Assembly (NCBI GenBank): GCA_963733295.1
Contig: CAVTCS010000003.1
Span: forward strand, 1,184,001-1,248,000
Reading direction: 5' to 3'
Source: Vulcanimicrobiota bacterium
GTDB lineage: Bacteria; Vulcanimicrobiota; Vulcanimicrobiia; Vulcanimicrobiales; Vulcanimicrobiaceae
DNA: 64,000 nucleotides
Part shown: positions 21,051 through 29,100 of the stretch, one piece after another
How positions within the stretch are numbered: the stretch's first letter is position 1
Layout: the number at the start of each line of letters is the position of its first letter
Notes under the pieces: model-generated
What the model was told of the DNA's origin: nothing
What the model saw: the letters and a program-made list of their open reading frames with translations, nothing else
The model's database searches: none
Translations under genes and position numbers: made by a program

Positions 21051-21928
21051 TTCGAAACCTCCACGCCCAGACGCTTGAACGTTTTCTCCAGGGCCCGCCC
21101 GACGAGCACGCCTGCCATGTCCTTCTTGTACTCGACCGAGCCGCGCCCGTCGGCGCCCGGATCCGATTTCTTGCGCGCTAAATCCGCGGCGGCGCGGATC
21201 AGTTCGCGGCTCGGCCGCTGACCGACCAGAGCTCGCTCGGCATCGGCAACCCGCGTCGCCTGCGGACCAGCGGCGCCGAGCGCGATCCCGGCCGCGGCGA
21301 TGCTTCCGTCGGCAGCGAGCGCGATGACCGCTGCCGCCGATGCCGTTGCGAAATCGCCGACCTTTCGCTCGATTTTAAAATACGCGCCCGACGTGCGTGC
21401 CGCGGGCGTCGGGAAGCGAACTTCGATCGCCATCTCGCCGTCGGCTAGAGAGGTCGTGTAGGAATCGACGAGATAGTCGTCGATCGCTACGATCCGTTCG
21501 CCTTTTGGACCGCGCACGACGAGCTGGGCTCGCGCGGCGAGCGCGGCTACGCCCCAGTCGCCGGCCGGATCGTTGTGGCAGAGACTTCCCACCACGGTGC
21601 CCATCTGCCGGACGACCGGATCGGCCACGACGGCCGCGACGTCGCCGAGCAGATGATAGTTCGAAGCGATCAGCGGCGATCGTTCGAGCGCGAAGTCGCG
21701 CGTGCGCGCCCCGATGGCGAGCGTTCCGTTCGCTTCTTTGATATAGGCTAGTTCCTCGATCGGATTGATGTCGACGAGAACCGCCGGCCGCGCCAACCGG
21801 TAACGCATCGCCGGAATGAGACTCTGGCCGCCGGCCAACACGCGCGCGTCGGCGCCGTGTTGCGCGAGCGCTGCGAGCGCCTCTTGTGGTGAACGAGCCC
21901 GCACATATTCGAACGCTGCTGGGAACAC
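21047..21928 (-). CDS. coxM: CO dehydrogenase medium (FAD) subunit
   Basis: [40 protein letters not shown] upstream. Confidence 0.95.
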   Translation of the reverse strand: MFPAAFEYVRARSPQEALAALAQHGADARVLAGGQSLIPAMRYRLARPAVLVDINPIEELAYIKEANGTLAIGARTRDFALERSPLIASNYHLLGDVAAVVADPVVRQMGTVVGSLCHNDPAGDWGVAALAARAQLVVRGPKGERIVAIDDYLVDSYTTSLADGEMAIEVRFPTPAARTSGAYFKIERKVGDFATASAAAVIALAADGSIAAAGIALGAAGPQATRVADAERALVGQRPSRELIRAAADLARKKSDPGADGRGSVEYKKDMAGVLVGRALEKTFKRLGVEVSK

Positions 21929-22047
21929 TCACGCCTCCAAACTGTGTACACTTCGGGAAGGGCCTTCGGGCGGCCGTACCCAAGTCCTGCGATGGAACTT
22001 TCTGCTTCTTCTCCTTGCGCGGAGACCACTCTAATAAGTTTTGGATT

Positions 22048-22656
22048 GTGAACGCATCCGAACGAATCGCCGCAATCGTCCTCGCCGCAGGCGCGTCGAG
22101 CCGGATGGGCGCGCACAAACTATTGCTGCATTTGGAAGGTCAGAGCTTGATCCGGCGCGTCGTAAACGCAGTTCGCGAGGTTCCGATCGCCGACGTCGTC
22201 GTCGTTACCGGTTACAACCATCGCGCGCTCGAAGCGGAATTGTCGGATATACCAGTGCATTTCGCACTTAACCAGGACTATTCGCAAGGCATGGGCACGT
22301 CGTTCGCGGCGGGCGTGCGAGCGCTCGACTCGGGCATCAGTGCTGCCCTCTTCGTGCTGGCAGACCGGCCGTTCGTCAGCGTTGCCGACTATCGCCGGCT
22401 CATCGACGCATACCGTGCCGGCGACAGCGCCCTGGTCGCGGGACGCTACGGCGAAGTGATCGCCCCGCCGCACGTGGTCGCTCGCCGTCTGTTCCCGCGC
22501 GTCGGCAACGACGGAATCGGCATACGTCCCTTGCTTGAGGAGCTCGGCGCTGCGGCCACGCTGATCGACTTTCCGGAACGCGCTTTGCTCGATATCGACG
22601 AGCCGGCGGACCTCGAACGCGCCCGCGCGCTTCTCCGCAACGTGACGGCACCATGA
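22048..22656 (+). CDS. mocA: Molybdenum cofactor cytidylyltransferase (MocA/PucB-like)
   Basis: VLAAGASSRMGAHKLLL, GMGTS, DIDEPAD; GTG start at 22048; divergent from coxM. Confidence 0.85.
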   Translation: MNASERIAAIVLAAGASSRMGAHKLLLHLEGQSLIRRVVNAVREVPIADVVVVTGYNHRALEAELSDIPVHFALNQDYSQGMGTSFAAGVRALDSGISAALFVLADRPFVSVADYRRLIDAYRAGDSALVAGRYGEVIAPPHVVARRLFPRVGNDGIGIRPLLEELGAAATLIDFPERALLDIDEPADLERARALLRNVTAP

Positions 22657-23351
22657 AGCGCGCATCGGACGTCACGCGCGTCCGCGTCGTCGAACACCTC
22701 CACTCACGTCTGCGCAGAATGATCGTGAGCGGCAAGTATCCGCCGGGCGCCGTTCTTTCCCAGGTTCAGTTGGCGAACATGCTCGGCGTCAGCCGGACTC
22801 CGCTGCGCGAAGCGATGCGCCGGCTCGAAGCCGAAGGGCTCATCGATGCCGAACAGAATCAGCGCGCGCGCGTCGCGAGCGCCGATGCGGAAGGCCTTGA
22901 CGTCCTCTTTACGGACCGGATTCTGCTCGAAGCGATGGGCATCAAGGTAACGGTTCCGAAACTCACCGAGATCGACCTCAACGGGCTGCTTGCGTCGGCA
23001 ACCGCACTGCGGCTCGCCGCCGAAGCGGGCAACGCCGGTCCGGCCGATCGAGCGCGGCGCGCGTTTCACCGCCAGCTCGTCTCGCGCGCGGGACGCCGCC
23101 TGCGCGAAAAGATCGGCGAACAATTCGACCGCTGCGAACGACACCGCAAGCACTTCGCGCCGCTCGAAGCGGTCACAACCGAGAGCTATGCCGCAATCTC
23201 GGGCGCCTGCATCGCGCGGGACCCCGCCGCGGCGGTGCGTCACGTCGCACGCCTCGAGACGGCACTCGCGCGCCGCACGCTGCACGCCCTCCAGCCTCGC
23301 TACGATCCCGTCGCGATCGGCGTCGCCCTGCAGATGCTCGACCGTGCGTGA
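22653..23351 (+). CDS. GntR/FadR-family regulator (FCD domain)
   Basis: wHTH LANMLGVSRTPLREAMRRLEAEGLI. Confidence 0.9.
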   Translation: MKRASDVTRVRVVEHLHSRLRRMIVSGKYPPGAVLSQVQLANMLGVSRTPLREAMRRLEAEGLIDAEQNQRARVASADAEGLDVLFTDRILLEAMGIKVTVPKLTEIDLNGLLASATALRLAAEAGNAGPADRARRAFHRQLVSRAGRRLREKIGEQFDRCERHRKHFAPLEAVTTESYAAISGACIARDPAAAVRHVARLETALARRTLHALQPRYDPVAIGVALQMLDRA

Positions 23352-23658
23352 CGTTCTCGGCGCGATCGAAAGCTGGCGCGGGACCGGCTTGCGCGTCGCC
23401 GCCGCGACGGTAGTCGCAGTCCAGGGCTCGGCACCGCGCGACCCCGGCGCAGTTCTCGCAGTAAGCGAAAGCGGCGAAGTCGCGGGGTCGGTCAGCGGCG
23501 GATGCGTCGAGGGTGCGGTCGTCGAGGAGGCGCGCGACGTGCTCGCCACCGGCCGCCCGCGGCTCGTCTCGTACGGCATTAGCAACGAAGACGCCGAGGG
23601 TCACGGCCTGACCTGCGGCGGCACCATCCGCGTGTTCGTCGAGCTCGTCGATTGGTGA
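23344..23658 (+). CDS. XdhC/CoxI family, N-terminal half
   Basis: ATVVAVQGSAPRDPGA, GSVSGGCVE, GLTCGGTIRVFVE; GTG at 23344. Confidence 0.88.
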   Translation: MRDVLGAIESWRGTGLRVAAATVVAVQGSAPRDPGAVLAVSESGEVAGSVSGGCVEGAVVEEARDVLATGRPRLVSYGISNEDAEGHGLTCGGTIRVFVELVDW

Positions 23659-23662
23659 AGCG

Positions 23663-24466
23663 GTGAGACTCTTCGAGCGCTTCGCCGCTGCTTTGCGCGC
23701 GGAGGAACCGGTCGCGCTCGCGACGCGACTCGACGGCAGCCGCGCCGGCGCGAAGCTACTGGTTTTCGAGAGCGATAGCGACGGCGATCTCGGATCCCCG
23801 GGCTTGAACTACGCCGTCGTGCAGGAAGCTCGCGCGCTTCTGCAAAGCGGCGGAACCGCGATTCGCTCGTTCGGAGAGGACGGCGAACCCGTCGAGGACG
23901 CGGTCCAGCTCTTTATCGAATCATTCGTCGCAAAGCCCGACATGTACGTCTTCGGGGCGCTCGATTTCTCGCGGGCGGTGACCCGGCTCGCCAAGTTTCT
24001 CGGCTATCGGGTGACCGTCGTCGACGCGCGGCCCGTCTTCGCTACGAGAGCGCGGATTCCGGATGCCGACGAGGTCGTCGTCGCCTGGCCCGACGAGTTC
24101 CTCGAGCGCGCCCCGGTCAGCGCGCGCACGGCGCTCGTCGTATTGACGCACGACGTGAAATTCGACATCCCCCTTCTGACCGTCGCGCTACGCACGAACG
24201 CCGGATATATCGGGACGATGGGCAACCGCGCTACCCACGAGAACCGTCTCGAGAAACTGCGTGAGGCCGGCGTCGAGGAATCTCAACTTTCTCGCATCAG
24301 CGGGCCGATCGGACTCGACATCGGAGCGCGGACGCCCGAAGAAACGGCGATCTCGATCGCCGCGGAGTTGATCGCGGTACGCTCCGGACGCCGGGGCGGC
24401 CGGCTGCGCGACAGTACGCTGCCGATCCACGGAAGCGTGCTATCGCAAGCGAGCGAATTTCGCTAA
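23663..24466 (+). CDS. XdhC family, C-terminal Rossmann half
   Basis: VFGALDFS, VTVVDARPVFAT, LTHDVKFD, PIGLDIGARTPEETAISI. Confidence 0.9.
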   Translation: MRLFERFAAALRAEEPVALATRLDGSRAGAKLLVFESDSDGDLGSPGLNYAVVQEARALLQSGGTAIRSFGEDGEPVEDAVQLFIESFVAKPDMYVFGALDFSRAVTRLAKFLGYRVTVVDARPVFATRARIPDADEVVVAWPDEFLERAPVSARTALVVLTHDVKFDIPLLTVALRTNAGYIGTMGNRATHENRLEKLREAGVEESQLSRISGPIGLDIGARTPEETAISIAAELIAVRSGRRGGRLRDSTLPIHGSVLSQASEFR

Positions 24467-24486
24467 GGCCGAATTCCGCAGGGCGC

Positions 24487-25095
24487 TCAGGGTACGGCGA
24501 CCGGTATCGTGTTCGACGTTACCGTCGCGTACGGTTTCTGCGGAGTCCCAGGGATAGCGCCGGCTCTAAAAAGTGTCGCCGTTACGTGCACCCAATAGTT
24601 CCCCGGCCCGGCCTCTCCAACGCACGCGTATGCGCCCACCGGATCCAAACTACGCGCTCCGGGCGGTAGAAGCATGTGTTCACGGGTTGGTGTTGGCGCC
24701 GGCGTCGGTGACGGGGTCGGTTCTGGAGACGGAGTTTGATTGGGACTGTAACTGCTTCCGCTCACCATTCCGACCGAACCTACGATCGGAGGCTGAAAGC
24801 ACGGATAGCTCTTGCCGGAAGACTCTGTGACGATCACCACGGCGCCATATCTCGACGGCATCAGATCGAGCGTCGCCTTACCGACGTTCTTGGTAACGAT
24901 GCGAATCGTAGTGACGACACGACCATATTCTTGCCGCTTTACAGCGAATATCCCGATCTCAACGCCATTTTGCGGCGTTCCAAACGACACCGGCTCATCA
25001 GCGAGGGAAAGGGCGCAGAGTGCTCCGACGAAGACCGAAGTAATTATGAGAATGCGAGCTGGCGCGCAGTGACCGTGTATTAGCGTTCCGCTCAC
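24487..25095 (-). CDS. Secreted hypothetical protein, single Ig-like domain with Pro/Thr insert
   Basis: Signal-like hydrophobic N-terminus; TPSPEPTPSPTPAPTP; GTGA coupling to the upstream gene. Confidence 0.65.
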   Translation of the reverse strand: MSGTLIHGHCAPARILIITSVFVGALCALSLADEPVSFGTPQNGVEIGIFAVKRQEYGRVVTTIRIVTKNVGKATLDLMPSRYGAVVIVTESSGKSYPCFQPPIVGSVGMVSGSSYSPNQTPSPEPTPSPTPAPTPTREHMLLPPGARSLDPVGAYACVGEAGPGNYWVHVTATLFRAGAIPGTPQKPYATVTSNTIPVAVP

Positions 25096-26054
25096 GGAGT
25101 CACAGTAAATGTCGTGCTTGCCGTAAGGCCTCTAATGGTTATGTCTTTGTCGGCCTCGCGTGGCGGGAAGGCGTTTACCAGAAACGATATGGCTAGCGTG
25201 TACGTCCCGGGCGCGAGCTGCCAGTCGTGCTCTATCGTATCGTCACGGATGTCCATAATCTGGCCATCAAAGAAATAACTGTGAGTCGAACTTCTTCCTA
25301 AGTCTTTGTTTGGAACGTTCCTCCGTACGATGGACCCTCTCCCGTCGTATAGTTCCGCATTACTCTCAGCAGTGAATTCTAGCCAAACGATTACGATCGA
25401 ATCGCCAGAGAAATTGCCGAGCCACACGGTGTACGGGATCGCCGACCCGCGCGGAAAAGACCGCGCCGGCATTGTTACCCCTACGCGAATCGCTGGCGCT
25501 GCTAGACCCCAGGGACCAGCCGGAGCTGGGGTGCCATGGCCCGTGATCTCAACCAGCATCGTATTCGATTGGAGCGACGTTTCGAGGGGCGCTTCGCTAC
25601 CCGCCTCTGTATACTTGACCACGGCAAGCGCGGTTATATAATAGCGACCCTTCGAAATGACAAAGCAAGTGAGGGGAGCTGTCCGTTGTTCAGTCCGAAC
25701 GGCTCCCGGAAGAATTACTGGCTGCGGGACTGAAAAATCCGAAACTGCACTTGCTTCGCCGCATCGCGGGCTTGCGTAGGCCACAGTCTTTCCGTTGGCA
25801 TCATGCGCGGATAGTATTGTGGCCGGCCAAACTAAAGGAACCCTCAGCGGCTTCTGTCCGGTATTCTTGACCTGGATAGTAATCGGCATCGACGATGCGG
25901 TCGAGTCGAAGCTTCTTGCTGAGACGATTCTAAGGGCCAGTCCGCCCGCCGAAGGCCCGAACTCGCCGTTCGGGTCTCCTTTCGAAGCAGCGGACCTAGG
26001 GACCAACAGAAACACTGCGGCAACCGCGATGGCAAAGAACTTCCATCTCCGCAT
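25092..26054 (-). CDS. Secreted hypothetical protein with two Ig-like repeats
   Basis: MRRWKFFAIAVAAVFLLV signal peptide (ATG 26054); two related beta-rich domains. Confidence 0.7.
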   Translation of the reverse strand: MRRWKFFAIAVAAVFLLVPRSAASKGDPNGEFGPSAGGLALRIVSARSFDSTASSMPITIQVKNTGQKPLRVPLVWPATILSAHDANGKTVAYASPRCGEASAVSDFSVPQPVILPGAVRTEQRTAPLTCFVISKGRYYITALAVVKYTEAGSEAPLETSLQSNTMLVEITGHGTPAPAGPWGLAAPAIRVGVTMPARSFPRGSAIPYTVWLGNFSGDSIVIVWLEFTAESNAELYDGRGSIVRRNVPNKDLGRSSTHSYFFDGQIMDIRDDTIEHDWQLAPGTYTLAISFLVNAFPPREADKDITIRGLTASTTFTVTP

Positions 26055-26188
26055 GTCGCCGTTCTTTCGATTTGCCGCCGCGAAGCCCCGCACGGTGGCG
26101 CGCGCTCCAGCATAACGCACGAAACGATTCCGCGACAGGGTCGCAGCCACGGCCATTAGCCCTACGAAGCGGCGCGCTTCGTCGCGAG

Positions 26189-29100
26189 CTAAGGCGCCGG
26201 CGCAATCGTCATGCGCGATGAAGCCGTCCGCCCGAATTCCTCGGGCGCGTATTGGAGTGAGACGCGCGCGCCGGGCCAGATGAAATCTCCCGGCGTCACC
26301 GAGCGAACGAGGTAGTGGAAAGCATAGACGCCGGCCGGCAGGTGGGCCGCAAACCCGAGCACGTGATCGCGGTAGATCTCCTGGTAGTCGAGTTCCCAAC
26401 TGCTTTGGGCCGCCTCGTAATACTTCGTCGAGATGGCGAAGCTCGAATCGATCGCCTCGAGCCCTCCCGGCAGGGGATCGTCGACGACAACGTTTTCGAG
26501 CGCGTGATCGGTCGTTACGCGATCTTCGATGTCGTAGACCTTGGCCGCCGAGAGCGACGGCGCCGAGGGCGTCGCGAGCCCGAAGGAGGCCAGAACCGGG
26601 GCGCTTCCGGCCGCCCGGACGAAGCGGTCGATGCGGATTCCGTTGTAGATGCCCGGCGTGTCGACCAAGACGCCGTAGCGCAGGCCGACGACGAAATGCA
26701 GCGTGCCTTTACCGCTCTTCGAGAGGCCGACCTCGCTGCTGCCCTTCGGCAAACGTGCCATGGGGATCGACTGCTGAACCGAGGTTTTTCCGTAACCGCG
26801 GAACTGCGCCGAGATCGTCGTTTCGCCCACGCGTGCCAGCGCGTCGAAATCCGGCGGCGACGTTTGGGTGTGCGCGTAGATCAGCAGCGCGTTCATCGCC
26901 TCGGCGTCGTCGCAAAGACACGGCCAGCGCCCGTCGTGCCGCGCGCCCAAGAGCGCGCTCAAGGCGCGATCGACGTCCTCGCCCGGCGAGCCCGATTCGA
27001 CGAGGAGCGAGAGCATTTGGGATTGTCCGGCGACGAAGGTCTCGTCGAAATCGCCGAGTGTATTAACCGTCGCGTTCCGCCCGGTGAACGTCACCTGTTC
27101 GAGCAGCTTGTCGCGCAAGGCCAGCCCTCGCGTCCGCCAATCCGGGAGCGCCAGCAGCAGCCGCGCGAGCTCGATCTGTTCGTAGTAGCTCAGGTCCGCA
27201 CGTTGCGCAAAGATCTCGGGCAGGTAGTCGTCCCGCTTCTCGCCGAGAAAGACCAGCGTCTCGAGAGCCTCAAGCCGCGCTTCGGTTCTGCAGGTGCGAT
27301 CGTTCTTTCCGCAATCCTCGTCCGGATCTGCCAGTCGCGCGGCCAAGAAGCGGCGCACGCGCCGGAGGTCCGGTCCGACGTCGAATCCGGCTCGCTGCGC
27401 TTGGTACAGCTGCGTCGCGATGAAGGCGGTCGAGAAGAGCTCGCTGCTCTGCGCGCCCGGCCACTCGGCGAAACCGTCGTCCGGCAGGCTCAGCGTGCGC
27501 AGCGCGTCGAGATCGTCGTTCGCAATCTTGCGCAAGCCTTTCGCCCGCGCTGAATCGATACCGTAGATCTTTCCGAGTTCGAGCGTATCGGCCGCGATCG
27601 CGATTCGCGAGGCCAGCGCGACGGCAAAGGGCGGACGCTGCTCGTCGAGCACGCGCGACGGCTCGACCGCGTCCGCCAGCAGCGTGCTGGCCAACGTCAC
27701 GTCGAGCCCTCCCATGTTCATGGGAAACTGCGGCACGATGTTGATCGCGACCGTTGCCCGATCGGTCGTCGTCCCGGTTTGAACGGTTGATTCCGTGACC
27801 GCTTCGGTTCCGACCGTTACCGGGACGGCGAACGCGTCAGTGTTTGGGCCGAGCTTCGTGGAGATCGTCGCACGTCCGTCCTGCGGACCCGTGACCAGCA
27901 CGTCGAACCGAAACGCGTTGTTGAGCGCTTCGGTTTGGCCCTTCAGCAGCTTCTGCGTCGAACGTTCGTCGCCGTCGATGAAGACGAGATCTCCCGCCAG
28001 CTTCGCGTCGATCGCGTAGTTGCCGCCTTTGCGGGCGACGTCGGTCACCGCGACGCCGGCCGAGAAGCGGTCGCCGGGCCGCGCAAACTGCGGCAGAATG
28101 GGATTCGTGACGAGCGCCTTCGTGGCGATGAAGGTCGTCTCGGCGTTGCCGAAGCGAGCGTCCTTACTCAGCGCGAGCGCCATGACGTGCCAGCTCGTGA
28201 GATCGTCGGGAACGTTAAAGTTCGCGCCGGCGGTACCGTCGGGTCCCGTTCGAAGAGCGCCGTTCCAGTAGGCCAGCGGCTTGAAGAGCGTGCGGACGCG
28301 CGTGCCGGCGGGCCCCGCCATGCTACCGCCGCCGAACCCAAAGCCCTTATCGACGAAGCGCTTCTCCGTAACGAGGGTCACGTCACGCCGGTTGTCGGCG
28401 AAACTGGTCGATATCGGCTGGCTCGCGTAGACGATCTTGACCAGGTCCGGAAAGCGGTAGCCGCTCAGTTGCAACACTGCGTCGTCGACGACCGCCAGCA
28501 CGACCTCACCCTGCACGGGCTTGCCGGCGGCATCGCGCAGCCGCACGCTGACTCGCTGCGCACCGCCGGGTTCGACCGTAGCCCGCTGCGCGAGGACCTT
28601 GACCTGCAGGTACTTTGCGTCGAGATTGACGTCAAAAGGTTGAAAACCTAGGCTGGCGAGCTTGTCAAGTCCAGCCGGTACGCCTTTTGCAAGCGAGCTG
28701 CCGCGCCGCACGAGTAGCGCCTCCACCGCTGCATTCGGCAGCATCTCGGGCGTTACGGTGAAGCGCACTTGCGGCGCGCTGCCATGGACGCGAATGCTCT
28801 TTTGATAGAGCACGCCATGCCGCACCACTGCAAAGAATAGATCGGCGTCGGCGTAGGGTGACTCGACGAGCGCGGTCGCGACGTCGCCGGGCCGATAGGT
28901 TTGCTTGTCGAGCTTGACCGTGAGATAGCTCTCATCGGACGGCCCCCAGTCGCTGCCACCCGGACCCGTCACCCAGAGCATCGAGTCCGTCGCGGTCACG
29001 TCGTCCTTCGCGCCGTCGAAGTTCGCGCGGATGCGATAGATCCCGGACTTATCCGGCGTCAGCGCAACGCTCTGCGGACTCGTGCCCGAGACGGCATCGG

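Noticed and set aside
18777..21221. Long plus-strand ORFs opposite coxL/coxS, and similar antisense ORFs throughout the window
   Set aside because: Shadow ORFs of high-GC coding sequence; Arg-rich, with no recognisable motifs.
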